From: an uncultured Bacilli bacterium
GTDB lineage: Bacteria > Bacillota_I > Bacilli_A > RF39 > UBA660
Reading direction: 5' to 3'
Length of the DNA: 64,000 nt
NCBI GenBank assembly: GCA_934096295.1
Contig: CAKOLL010000001.1
Coordinates: 180,229-244,228 of the forward strand
Below are positions 1 to 9,515 of the stretch, piece after piece; the first letter of the stretch is position 1, and the number at the start of each line of letters is the position of its first letter. The notes under the pieces are model-generated. The model was not told the origin of the DNA. It worked only from the letters and a program-made list of their open reading frames with translations, and made no database searches. Both the position numbers and the translations under genes were made by a program.

Positions 1-570
1 TTCATTTCTATATTCTACTACATCAAATGTTTTTAATGATTCATCATATAATTTCTTTTGTTCATTATAAAATTCTTCTGCTTCTTTTGCAGCATTTTTA
101 GCATGATTTAATGCAATAGATAATTTAACTGTTTCGCTTGTTCTAGTTACATCATCTATTGAAGAGTTCATTTCTAATTCTTTAACTCTTTTATTTACAC
201 TCTTTAAATTTTCTTTTCTGTCATTTAAAATTTCTAAAGCTTTTGAACAATTTTTTGATAGAGTAAATTTTTCTCTCATGTTTGTAACTAAATTTTGAAA
301 ATCATTTGCACTGATACTGCTTCTAAAATAAGGATCGTTATTAGTTAATTCCTCAATACTATTTAGTTTTTTTGTAATTTTGTTTACAAAATCACTAACA
401 TTTATCCCTTCACTTACACTAGCAGATAAAGCATTTAATCTATTAATTATGTCTTCTAATTTTGTATTATCTATGGCATGAATAAAACTATCTGTATTTT
501 TAATTACAAAACCGTTTTCTACAATTAAGTTTGTAGCTTGTTCAACATTTTTTAATTCTTCTTCTGTCAT
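1..570 (-). CDS. Hypothetical coiled-coil protein. The N-terminus is in the window and the C-terminus runs past the window start.
   Basis: Minus-strand ORF from the ATG at 568-570 (MTEEELKNVEQATNLIVENGF...), open to coordinate 1. Charged, helical composition and RBS-like GAGAAGGGAAG upstream. No recognisable family. Confidence 0.45.
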   Translation of the reverse strand, partial: MTEEELKNVEQATNLIVENGFVIKNTDSFIHAIDNTKLEDIINRLNALSASVSEGINVSDFVNKITKKLNSIEELTNNDPYFRSSISANDFQNLVTNMREKFTLSKNCSKALEILNDRKENLKSVNKRVKELEMNSSIDDVTRTSETVKLSIALNHAKNAAKEAEEFYNEQKKLYDESLKTFDVVEYRNE

Positions 571-628
571 AACATATCTTCCCTTCTCTATATTATCTAT
601 AATATCACGTATAATTCTAAAATGCAAG

Positions 629-657
629 AAAAAAACGCAATGAAAAACTACATTGCA
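629..657 (-). terminator. Rho-independent terminator downstream of rpmF
   Basis: Hairpin GCAATG-N9-CATTGC (636-656), followed on the minus strand by a T7 run. Confidence 0.6.
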
Positions 658-666
658 TTATTTTTC

Positions 667-855
667 TTATTCTTCTTCGTTTGCAACATTGATTACAGTT
701 TTTCCATTGTAATTTCCACATTTAGTACATGCTCTATGTGGTCTTAGTGTTGCACCACATTTTTCACATTTAGTTAATGCTCCAACTTCTTTCTTTAAAT
801 GAGTTCTACGCATTCTTTTTTTTGTTTTGCTTGTTCTTCTAAAAGGAACTGCCAT
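667..855 (-). CDS. rpmF: 50S ribosomal protein L32
   Basis: 62 aa, MAVPFRRTSKTKKRMRRTH... with CxxC...CxxC zinc ribbon. Canonical L32 N-terminus (MAVPKRRTSK). Confidence 0.92.
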   Translation of the reverse strand: MAVPFRRTSKTKKRMRRTHLKKEVGALTKCEKCGATLRPHRACTKCGNYNGKTVINVANEEE

Positions 856-857
856 CT

Positions 858-1361
858 TTATTCACCACCTTTAAATAATTCGTTTAATTTTTCGAATCTT
901 GGATCTACCCCATCATCTTTTTTTTCACTATTTAACTCCCATCCTTTGCCACTTAAATGTGTCCCGGATGAATTTGTAACCCGAATGGGAACTTCCAATA
1001 CAATATTTTCCCATAAAAATTCAATTATATCAAGTACATTTTGACTTTTTTCAAAACATTTTGCAATATTTTCGTCATTTTCTTCCAAAATATCATCAAT
1101 TTGAATAGAAAATGGGTATTCTATTAGCTCATTTGTAATGGCATCATTTAATTTCATTTTGCCAGATACATCCAAATTAATAGCTATTTCATCAGCTGCA
1201 TTATATTTGATTATACCATTTACTTTTACTTTGCTTAAATCTTTTATACCTGTATCTTTATAAAAATCTTCAGGTATTGTAAATTCTTCATTAATATTTA
1301 CGGGCAATAAATTTAAATTAATTTTCATTTGCCCTCCATAGATATAGATAATTGTTTTCAA
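858..1361 (-). CDS. yceD: YceD/DUF177 family protein (large-subunit rRNA accumulation protein)
   Basis: 167 aa acidic protein immediately upstream of rpmF. This is the conserved yceD-rpmF pairing. Confidence 0.75.
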   Translation of the reverse strand: MKTIIYIYGGQMKINLNLLPVNINEEFTIPEDFYKDTGIKDLSKVKVNGIIKYNAADEIAINLDVSGKMKLNDAITNELIEYPFSIQIDDILEENDENIAKCFEKSQNVLDIIEFLWENIVLEVPIRVTNSSGTHLSGKGWELNSEKKDDGVDPRFEKLNELFKGGE

Positions 1362-2325
1362 ACTCTTTAACTATTTCTTTTTTATCTTTATTTATTATGA
1401 CGCTTTTTATCTCATCATCTTTAGAAAGTATCATGTAATATAAACTATCTTGTAAATATTTACTACTTTTAATTTCATATCCAGCTAGCGGTATTGTTTT
1501 TTCTAAAACTTTATTCATAACGAATGTATATTCTTTTATCTCATCATCTTGTTTTATTAAAAAACCATTATCTGCAACATCTATAAAAGTATATTCTCCT
1601 TCAAGATAATTTTCGATATTCATATTTTTATTTGACTGGAATTTATAAGCAATTAGTTTATCATCTTTACTTATAAATATATAATCTGTTGTAACTCCGA
1701 TAAGGGTTATAGTTTCTTTTTTATCTTTGTTAACCACTACTCTATCGTTTAAAGATTCTAAATCAAATTGATGAACTCCATCACTTAATACATAATATAC
1801 TTTATTATTATTAATAAAAACTTCATCATTTATAGCTTTATTAGTAATATTTTTTTCTTCACTTTCATTTATTTTTCTATAATTTATAACTTTATCTTCT
1901 TTAGTAACTATATGATTTTCACTTAAATATACACTATATTTATTATTATAATTGCTATCAAGTTCATAGAAATAAAATTCATCTTTTTCTTTATCAAAAC
2001 GTAGTTCATTCATTGCATCAGAATATAACACTAATTTATTATCTTTAGTAATAATATCTTTTATATCATAAAATGTTCTAACATTTAAATATTTTTCTTC
2101 TTTTTCTTTAATTCCATATAGTTTATAGATATTATCTTTATCTTTTAACACTCCGATATAACTGTAGTCACTTGGATATTCATCATTATTTCTTTCTTCA
2201 ATAGTAGTATTATTATTTCTAGATCTTATATAACTAGATAACTTGTAAATAGCAAATACTGTAATAATAATTATAACAACTGATATTAATGCTATTATTA
2301 ATCTTTTCTTTTTTTCTGGTAACAT
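1318..2325 (-). CDS. Hypothetical membrane-anchored protein
   Basis: 335 aa with a single N-terminal TM helix (LIIALISVVIIIITVFAIY). No recognisable family. Confidence 0.5.
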   Translation of the reverse strand: MLPEKKKRLIIALISVVIIIITVFAIYKLSSYIRSRNNNTTIEERNNDEYPSDYSYIGVLKDKDNIYKLYGIKEKEEKYLNVRTFYDIKDIITKDNKLVLYSDAMNELRFDKEKDEFYFYELDSNYNNKYSVYLSENHIVTKEDKVINYRKINESEEKNITNKAINDEVFINNNKVYYVLSDGVHQFDLESLNDRVVVNKDKKETITLIGVTTDYIFISKDDKLIAYKFQSNKNMNIENYLEGEYTFIDVADNGFLIKQDDEIKEYTFVMNKVLEKTIPLAGYEIKSSKYLQDSLYYMILSKDDEIKSVIINKDKKEIVKEFENNYLYLWRANEN

Positions 2326-4079
2326 TATAACACTCTCCTAAACATTTTTTCTAATTCATAATTGGTAAATTTCATAATTGAGGGTCTTCCATGACAACAG
2401 TTATATGGGTTGTCACATTTTACTAAATCATCTAATAATTTTTCTATTTCTAACATGCTTAAATGCTCATTTGCTTTAACACTCATTTTGCAACTTACCA
2501 TTTTGGCTAAACTATCTAAAAATTTATCTTTATTGAAATTCTTACTTGAATCTATAACTAAATCTATTATATATTTTAAATTATCTCCTTCATAATTACT
2601 TTTTAACCATGTTGGATGTCCTTTTATTATTATTGTGTTTATACCGAATTCTTCTACTACAAAGCCTAAACTTTCTAAGACGTCTTTTCTATCCATAAAG
2701 GCTATGTAATCGCTCGTAGATAATTCAAATTTCATGGGAACAAGCATATCAATTACATTTACGCTTTCTTCTTGAAACATCTTAGTAATCATTTCATAAT
2801 TAACTCTTTCATGGGCAGCATGTTGATCTAAAATGAACATTCCATCTTCATTTTCAGCAATTATATAAGTACCATGAACTTGTCCAACTGGATAAAGCTT
2901 TAGACTTTTAAATTCTTCATTTTTTATTGGTTCTACATTAGTGCTTCCTATATCAAGGGTGGTTTGAATGATTGATGGATTAGTTGGTTCTACTTTTATT
3001 TCTTCTTTTGGTTCATTAAGTGTTAAGTCAATGAAATTATCTTTTATATTATTCTTTTCTTCATCCATTATGGCATCGGGAATAAGTAAATTATTATAAA
3101 GAACTTTTTTAATATTTTGATATATTAAATCTGTTAAAATATCCATCTTACTCATTTTAATATCTTGTTTAGTGGGATGAATATTTACATCTACAAGGGT
3201 TGGATCAGTTTCAATATTTATTACTATAATTGGATAGAATCCTTCATGCTTGTAGGTATTATATGCGTCGTTAATTGCTCGGTTTATTTCAATATTTTTA
3301 ACGATTCTACCATTAACAAAGGTATTAAAATGATTTCTATTTTTCTTTAAAATACTTGGTTTTGATACATATCCTGAAACTACAAAGTCATCTGATGAAC
3401 ATTTAAGTTCCAACATATTACTTGAAACATTTAAGCCATATATTTCATGGATTGTTTTAAGTAAATTATTGCTTCCACTTGATTTTACAATGACTTTATC
3501 ATTATTTATTAAAGTAAACGATATATTTGGTTTTGATAAAGCTAATTTTTCAATAAAGCTAGTACAATTATTTAATTCTGTGATTTCACTTTTTAAATAC
3601 TTTAATCTTGCTGGTGTATTATAAAAAAGATTTGTGACATGTATTTCTGTACCTATCCTAGCTGGAGCATCTTCTACACTTAGAGTTTGGCCTCCTTTTA
3701 TATGAACACGGGTTCCAATATCACTATTACAAGTTATTAGTTCAACCTCTGAAACACTGGCAATACTTGCTAGAGCTTCACCACGAAACCCTAAAGTTTC
3801 AATAAAGTATAAGTCATCATCTTTATATATTTTACTTGTGGCATGTCTATAAAATGCTAGTGTTGCATCTTCCCTATCCATACCTGTTCCATTATCTATT
3901 ACAGATATTTCCTTTAATCCACCATCTCGTAAGATAATTTTTATATTAGTGGCTTTGGCATCTATAGAGTTTTCAACGAGTTCTTTTAACACAGATGCAC
4001 ACTTTTCTACGACCTCACCTGCTGCAATTTTATTTGCTAAGTTTTCACTCATTACCCTTATTTTAGTCATTGCTATCAC
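2325..4079 (-). CDS. mutL: DNA mismatch repair protein MutL
   Basis: 584 aa. N-terminal GHKL ATPase signature (ENLANKIAAGEVVEKCASVLKELVENSIDA, DNGTGM, GFRGEALASI) plus C-terminal dimerisation domain. Confidence 0.92.
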   Translation of the reverse strand: MIAMTKIRVMSENLANKIAAGEVVEKCASVLKELVENSIDAKATNIKIILRDGGLKEISVIDNGTGMDREDATLAFYRHATSKIYKDDDLYFIETLGFRGEALASIASVSEVELITCNSDIGTRVHIKGGQTLSVEDAPARIGTEIHVTNLFYNTPARLKYLKSEITELNNCTSFIEKLALSKPNISFTLINNDKVIVKSSGSNNLLKTIHEIYGLNVSSNMLELKCSSDDFVVSGYVSKPSILKKNRNHFNTFVNGRIVKNIEINRAINDAYNTYKHEGFYPIIVINIETDPTLVDVNIHPTKQDIKMSKMDILTDLIYQNIKKVLYNNLLIPDAIMDEEKNNIKDNFIDLTLNEPKEEIKVEPTNPSIIQTTLDIGSTNVEPIKNEEFKSLKLYPVGQVHGTYIIAENEDGMFILDQHAAHERVNYEMITKMFQEESVNVIDMLVPMKFELSTSDYIAFMDRKDVLESLGFVVEEFGINTIIIKGHPTWLKSNYEGDNLKYIIDLVIDSSKNFNKDKFLDSLAKMVSCKMSVKANEHLSMLEIEKLLDDLVKCDNPYNCCHGRPSIMKFTNYELEKMFRRVL

Positions 4080-4989
4080 CTACTATTGATGGTCTTATTT
4101 CATAGTCATTAGTACTTAAAGCAATCATACAAGTCTTTTTAAAATTAATAAAACCTAAACCCTTTATTAAAACATCACTATTTTTAGAAACAATTATGTT
4201 ACAATTAACATCTTCGGTTTCTTTTCTTCTTTGTATTTTAATATCATTTCCTGCATATATTGTGAAATTAGTATCTTCAAGAATATTTAACTTAATATCA
4301 TTTATTAATAGATAATGTTTACTTGGAAATTGATAAGTTATAGGCCTAATACTGCTTTTAGGAATATTTTCTCTATTGATATTACTCATAAATCCTGGAG
4401 CATCATAAATAGTTATCCCCATTACATTAAGCTTAATAAAATCTTGCGTTGTATTAGATTTTTTACTTACAGTTATATCGCTACCCACTAAAGCATTTAT
4501 TAAACTACTTTTACCAGCATTTGTAAAGCCAGATAAACATATATTTTTTTCGTCTAAACAAAGATTAGTAATTGTTTTAATATTGAGTCTTGTTTTACTG
4601 CTTGTTAAAATAATATCTTCTTTGATATCATAAACATCTTTTATATTATTAATTAGTTTATGATATTTAATATTTTTAGGAATTATGTCAGCCTTTGTAA
4701 TAATTAATGTCTTTTTATTATGTATTTTTTTATAAGTATTTATAACCTCACTATCAAGATTAATAAAATCTACTAAAAATAAAACATGAGATTTTAGTTT
4801 GTTAATGCTATCTATTAAATTAGAGTTATCTATTGAAACACCTTCATTTGTTAAAACATTGTAATTTTTTAATTTAAAGCATCTTTCACAAAGTTTATTT
4901 TTAATATCAGGTGTATAACCTACCATCTTACTATCTTTATCTTGAAGAGTTATGCCGCATCCTACACATTTAGTCATAGTATTCACCAC
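4063..4989 (-). CDS. yqeH: Ribosome biogenesis GTPase YqeH (circularly permuted GTPase)
   Basis: N-terminal Zn ribbon CVGCGITLQ...CERCF, G-motifs (TKAD, GFTNAGKSSLINAL). Conserved yqeG-yqeH pairing. Confidence 0.85.
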   Translation of the reverse strand: MVNTMTKCVGCGITLQDKDSKMVGYTPDIKNKLCERCFKLKNYNVLTNEGVSIDNSNLIDSINKLKSHVLFLVDFINLDSEVINTYKKIHNKKTLIITKADIIPKNIKYHKLINNIKDVYDIKEDIILTSSKTRLNIKTITNLCLDEKNICLSGFTNAGKSSLINALVGSDITVSKKSNTTQDFIKLNVMGITIYDAPGFMSNINRENIPKSSIRPITYQFPSKHYLLINDIKLNILEDTNFTIYAGNDIKIQRRKETEDVNCNIIVSKNSDVLIKGLGFINFKKTCMIALSTNDYEIRPSIVGDSND

Positions 4990-5491
4990 TTTTCAAAATA
5001 TTCTTTTTAGCTAGTTTTTTAAAAACAAAACTTTCGAAAAAACGATTTATTTTAGTTGGAAATATTTCTGTTTTGGCAACTCTATTTACAAGGATACTAG
5101 TAAATCCCATGCGATTAGCACCGAGAATATCCGTAAATAATTGGTCTCCGATGCATGCTATTTCATCAATTTTAAATTTATATAATGTTAATATTTTTTT
5201 ATATTTCTTTTTAAATGGTTTTCTACTACTAAAAGCTACATCAACATTTAATTTTTCTTTAAATGGTCTAAGTCTATTTTTACCACTATTTGATACAATT
5301 ATTATTTTAAAATCTTCTTCTAGCCTTGCAAAAAGTTCTTTTACTTTTTGATCTGGTACATCAACTTTATATGGGGCAATTGTGTTATCTAAATCAAAAA
5401 GAAGACACTTTATACCATTTTTCTTTAGTTTTTTATAATTTATTGTGTAAATGCTTTGAGCATAAATATCTGGTATTAATAAATCAAGCAT
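4970..5491 (-). CDS. yqeG: YqeG family HAD-IIIA phosphatase
   Basis: 173 aa with DLDNT HAD motif I and GDQLFTDILGANRMG motif. Located directly upstream of yqeH. Confidence 0.8.
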   Translation of the reverse strand: MLDLLIPDIYAQSIYTINYKKLKKNGIKCLLFDLDNTIAPYKVDVPDQKVKELFARLEEDFKIIIVSNSGKNRLRPFKEKLNVDVAFSSRKPFKKKYKKILTLYKFKIDEIACIGDQLFTDILGANRMGFTSILVNRVAKTEIFPTKINRFFESFVFKKLAKKNILKSGEYYD

Positions 5492-5721
5492 ATTATCATT
5501 CCTTTTCTTTTAAAATTATATCATAATTTATTTGAAATTTTAACTAAAAATTAAAAGAAAAAGCAACAAGTATCAAAATGACTTTGGTAAGCGTGTACTT
5601 GTTGCCGTAATAATAATAACATATAAATTTAACTTATGCAAGCATTTGTTGCCAAAAACTAAATTTTTTTTAAATAATAAAGTTATTTTTTACTATTTTA
5701 TAAGTATTATCAATAAATTTA

Positions 5722-5750
5722 TTTACACGTTTTTATCAACATGTTATAAT
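5722..5750 (+). promoter_or_regulatory. Sigma-A-type promoter (TTTACA-17-TATAAT) driving a short plus-strand transcript
   Basis: TTTACA at 5722-5727 and TATAAT at 5745-5750. No plus-strand CDS follows. Confidence 0.5.
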
Positions 5751-5754
5751 TATT

Positions 5755-5885
5755 ATGACGGGAGTTGGTAGTCCCAGCTTAGCTTCGGCGCCCCAATGGG
5801 TTAAACACAAAATTGAAGGTTGCTTTGCCTAATACATATTAGGATTCTACCATTTGAACTTATCATTAGATAAGTTCTTTTTATT
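5755..5885 (+). ncRNA. Candidate small RNA of about 130 nt, family unknown, carrying a tRNA D-arm-like motif
   Basis: Bounded by the promoter above and an intrinsic terminator (GAACTTATC-ATTA-GATAAGTTC plus a T-run, 5856-5885). The GC-rich core GGGAGUUGGUAGUCCC...GCUUCGGC...CCCAAUGGG forms several short hairpins. Confidence 0.35.
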
Positions 5886-6003
5886 TTATGCAAATTCATT
5901 TGTTTACATACTAATAATAACATATACTCTTTATCTTGTCATTATTTAATTCTATTTAAGTTTCTGTAAGAGATATTGACTTTGGACCACAATACAAATA
6001 ATA

Positions 6004-6025
6004 AATCCCCGTAAGTACGGGGATT
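6004..6025 (-). terminator. Terminator downstream of tRNA-Arg
   Basis: AATCCCCGTA/TACGGGGATT hairpin followed by a T-rich tract on the minus strand. Confidence 0.55.
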
Positions 6026-6036
6026 AAAACACTTTA

Positions 6037-6113
6037 TGGTGTCCTCGATGAGAATTGAACTCATGACCCTATGCGTCGGAGGCATATGCTCTATCCAACT
6101 GAGCTACAAGGAC
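6037..6113 (-). tRNA. tRNA-Arg (anticodon CCG)
   Basis: Minus-strand sequence GTCCTTGTAGCTCAGTTGGATAGAGCATATGCCTCCGACGCATAGGGTCATGAGTTCAATTCTCATCGAGGACACCA folds as a cloverleaf. Acceptor is 7 bp, anticodon loop is CTCCGAC, T-loop is TTCAATT and CCA is encoded. Confidence 0.85.
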
Positions 6114-6130
6114 CCATAAACATTTTAGCA

Positions 6131-9100
6131 TTATTTTTTAGAAATAGCAATTAATACTCTTTCGTTGTCAATAAAGAACTCTTCATTAGCAGATTCATTA
6201 AATTCTATACTTGTTGCTAATGTTTCTTTTTTAATATAATCACTAAATTCTTCAATAGCAGTCTTAATTTTATCATTAGCATTGTAAGTAACATTTATTC
6301 TATCTGTTAGTTCATAATTATTATTTTTTCTCATTGTTTGAACTTTAGATATAATTTCACGAGCAATACCTTCATTGATTAAGTCATCTGTTAATGTAGC
6401 ATTTAAAATAACAAAGTTATTATTTTCCATTCCCACATCAAAGCCTTCTTTAGCATTTATTCTTATATCCACCATGTCACTATAGATGTCATATTCAGTA
6501 CCTGCTACTGACATTTTTATTGATTCATTATTTTGAAGCTTTTTAATATCACTTAGTGGTAATTCTAGTAATTTATCTTGGAATTCTTTTAAGCTGCTTC
6601 CAAATACTTTACCAACATTTCTAAAGTTTGGTTTAACAGTAAAGTTCATATATTCAGATGTATCTTTTACATATGTAACTTTCTTAACATTTAATTCTTC
6701 TTTAATAAGTTCAGTAAGTTCTCCGATAACCATACTATTTTTGCCATCGATTAAGATTTCACTTAGAGGTTGACGAACTCTTAGTTTTTGTTCTTCACGA
6801 ATATTTCTTCCAATACTTATTAGTTCACGAACTAAATCCATTTTTTCTTCTAATAATTCTTCAATTTTTGTTTCATCATATTTTGGAAAATCAGCTAGAT
6901 GAACAGATTCTTTTCCAGTTAGATTAGTATACATTTCTTCAGATAGGAATGGCACTATTGGAGCCATCATTTCTGATAAACCTACTAACACTTCATATGT
7001 AGTTATATATACTGATTTTTTAGAATCATCTAGTGTACTTCCCCAGAATCTGTTTCTATTTCTTCTGATATACCAATTTGATAAATCATCTGATACAAAG
7101 TCTGTTAGGGCTCTAACTACTTTATTTAAATCATATTCATCGTATGATTCTGTTACATATTTTAATAATTTATTATATTTACTTATTAACCATCTATCAA
7201 TATCTTCTCTTTTTTCTAGTGGAATATTGCAATTCTTTATATCAATATCATCAATATTAGCATACATTGAGAAGAAATTATATGTATTTTTAAGAGGATT
7301 AAAGAATTTAGAATGAACTTCTTTTAAACCATTAATATCAAATTTAAGAGGAACCCAAACTGGTGAAACATATGGTAAATAGAATCTAACTGTGTCAGCA
7401 CCATATTCTTTCATTGTTGTAAATGGTTCAACAATATTACCCATTGTTTTACTCATTTTCTTACCATGAGCATCCAATAATAGATCATTTACTAAAACAT
7501 TTTTAAATGGACTTACACCTTTTACAAATGTAGAAATAACTAATAATGTATAGAACCATCCACGAGTTTGGTCGATTCCTTCACAAATGTAATCTGCTGG
7601 GAATTGGGTTTCAAATAAATCATTGTTTTCAAATGGATAATGGTATTGTGCAAATGGCATGGCACCTGAATCAAACCAACAGTCAATTACATCTTTACAT
7701 CTAGTCATAGATTTGCCACATTCTGGACATTTTAAGTGGACATCATCAATAAATGGTCTATGTAATTCAATAGACTCATCAATATCTTCGATTGCTTTTT
7801 CAACTAACTCTTTACGAGAACCAATCATTTCAGTGTGTCCACATGAACAAATCCAATATGGAAGTGGTGTTCCCCAGTATCTTGAACGAGAAATTGCCCA
7901 ATCGTTTAAATTTTCAAGCCAATTACCAAAACGTTTTTCACCAACATATGATGGATACCAATTAACTGTTTTATTATTAGCAACAATCTTATCTTTAATT
8001 TTAGTTATTTCTAAGTAATAACTTGGTTTAGAATAATAAATTAATGGAGTATGACATCTCCAACAATGAGGATAGTTATGAACTATTCTTTGTTTTCTAA
8101 ATAATTTATCATTTTCTTTTAAATAACTTATTACTAATTCATCAGCAGCAAAGACATTTGTGCCTTTCCATGGTCCTTCTGTATATTTTCCGTCTTCACC
8201 AACTGGATTTAAGTATGGTAAATTATATTTTCTACCAACGCTCGCATCATCTGCTCCGAATGCTGGTGCTAAATGTACTACCCCAGTACCGTCTTCAGCA
8301 GTAACATAAGAATCACAACATACAAAGAAACCTTTTTTATTTACAGTTAACTCTGGTATTAATTGTTCATATTCTGTATATTCTAGAGTACTTCCTTTAA
8401 ATGTATCAAGGATTTCGACATCATCACCTAGAACTTTACTAACTAGGGATGTTGCTAATATAAACTTATTACCTTTACTTAAAACAAGTGAATAATCATA
8501 ATCTGGATTTACACATAATGCAACATTTGCAAGTAATGTCCATGGTGTAGTTGTCCAAACTAAGAAGTAAACATCTTCATCTTTTTTCTTCATTGGTACA
8601 ATTACTGTATCAACACTAGTTTCTTCATAACCTTGTGCTACCTCATGAGATGCAAGTCCCGTTCCACATCTTGGACAATACGGAAGAATTTTAACTCCTT
8701 CATAAAATAATCCTTCTTCAAAGAATTTTTTTAAAATCCACCATTCTGTTTCAATATAATTGTTATCATATGTAACATATGGATGTTTAATGTCTATGAA
8801 TTGTCCCATTTTTTCAGTAAGGTCTGTAAATGTACTTTCATTTTTCCATACACTTTCACGACATTTTTGATTGAATTCTTCGATACCATATTTTTCGATA
8901 TCTTTTTTACCTGAGAAACCTAATTCTTTTTCTACTTGTAATTCAACAGGTAATCCATGTGTATCCCAACCTACTTTACGTAATACTTTGTATCCTTGCA
9001 TTGTTTTATACTTACAAATTGTATCTTTTAAAAACTTTGCAACCATATGATGTAAGCCTGGATGTCCATTTGCTGTAGCTGGGCCATCATAGAATACGAA

Positions 9101-9241
9101 ATATGGATCATTTTCTCTATTTTCGATACATTTATTTAATATATCTTCTTTTTTCCATTTTTCAAGTATTCTACTTTCAGTTACGTCTACAGCATCTTTA
9201 CTTAAATTTTTAAATCTTTCCATTATTTTCCTTCCCTTCAA
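6131..9241 (-). CDS. ileS: Isoleucine--tRNA ligase, type 2 (eukaryote-like / MupA-like)
   Basis: 1036 aa. FVFYDGPATANG...GWDTHGLPVE aligns to the IleRS HIGH region. CP1 editing-domain motif GTGVVHLAPAFGADD is type-2 IleRS-like. KMSKTMGN is the KMSKS motif. Multiple Zn-knuckle Cys pairs. Confidence 0.85.
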   Translation of the reverse strand: MKGRKIMERFKNLSKDAVDVTESRILEKWKKEDILNKCIENRENDPYFVFYDGPATANGHPGLHHMVAKFLKDTICKYKTMQGYKVLRKVGWDTHGLPVELQVEKELGFSGKKDIEKYGIEEFNQKCRESVWKNESTFTDLTEKMGQFIDIKHPYVTYDNNYIETEWWILKKFFEEGLFYEGVKILPYCPRCGTGLASHEVAQGYEETSVDTVIVPMKKKDEDVYFLVWTTTPWTLLANVALCVNPDYDYSLVLSKGNKFILATSLVSKVLGDDVEILDTFKGSTLEYTEYEQLIPELTVNKKGFFVCCDSYVTAEDGTGVVHLAPAFGADDASVGRKYNLPYLNPVGEDGKYTEGPWKGTNVFAADELVISYLKENDKLFRKQRIVHNYPHCWRCHTPLIYYSKPSYYLEITKIKDKIVANNKTVNWYPSYVGEKRFGNWLENLNDWAISRSRYWGTPLPYWICSCGHTEMIGSRKELVEKAIEDIDESIELHRPFIDDVHLKCPECGKSMTRCKDVIDCWFDSGAMPFAQYHYPFENNDLFETQFPADYICEGIDQTRGWFYTLLVISTFVKGVSPFKNVLVNDLLLDAHGKKMSKTMGNIVEPFTTMKEYGADTVRFYLPYVSPVWVPLKFDINGLKEVHSKFFNPLKNTYNFFSMYANIDDIDIKNCNIPLEKREDIDRWLISKYNKLLKYVTESYDEYDLNKVVRALTDFVSDDLSNWYIRRNRNRFWGSTLDDSKKSVYITTYEVLVGLSEMMAPIVPFLSEEMYTNLTGKESVHLADFPKYDETKIEELLEEKMDLVRELISIGRNIREEQKLRVRQPLSEILIDGKNSMVIGELTELIKEELNVKKVTYVKDTSEYMNFTVKPNFRNVGKVFGSSLKEFQDKLLELPLSDIKKLQNNESIKMSVAGTEYDIYSDMVDIRINAKEGFDVGMENNNFVILNATLTDDLINEGIAREIISKVQTMRKNNNYELTDRINVTYNANDKIKTAIEEFSDYIKKETLATSIEFNESANEEFFIDNERVLIAISKK

Positions 9242-9462
9242 TTAAAAAAGGATGGCACCAAAAGGAGTCAACGAATTGACGGTACCATCCTTATTATTTA
9301 CTTAATTATCTTAACGCGATTAACGTAGTAATTTACTGGATTTCAATTACTCGACTCCTGGGTGATATATAAAAATCTGCAAATATTTTTCTCGCACCAT
9401 TGTGAAAAACTCTCTTTAAAATTCAATTTTTATACTTGTCCCATTCACGGTCTTTTCAAGTG
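9242..9462 (-). promoter_or_regulatory. T-box leader (tRNA-sensing riboswitch) of ileS
   Basis: On the minus strand, AGGATGGTACCGTC matches the T-box consensus AGGGUGGNACCGCG. A terminator hairpin GGATGGTACC...GGTGCCATCC plus T6 lies just before the ileS RBS. AGAGAG and CGTTA boxes are present upstream. Confidence 0.65.
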
Positions 9463-9467
9463 ACTTA

Positions 9468-9497
9468 ATTATAATACACTATATTTACTTAAGTCAA
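9468..9497 (-). promoter_or_regulatory. Sigma-A promoter of the ileS leader (TTGACT-17/18-TATAAT)
   Basis: Minus-strand TTGACT is the reverse complement of 9492-9497. TATAAT is the reverse complement of 9468-9473. Confidence 0.55.
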
Positions 9498-9515
9498 GCC
9501 TTATTTTAACAATTT

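Noticed and set aside
5755-5832. 25-codon ORF (MTGVGSPSLASAPQWVKHKIEGCFA) at the start of the small plus-strand transcript
   Set aside because: No RBS, and GC-biased in the way a structured RNA is. A leaderless peptide cannot be excluded but is not supported.
7659-8018. 119-aa plus-strand ORF inside ileS
   Set aside because: Antisense to a strongly conserved IleRS segment. No start context.
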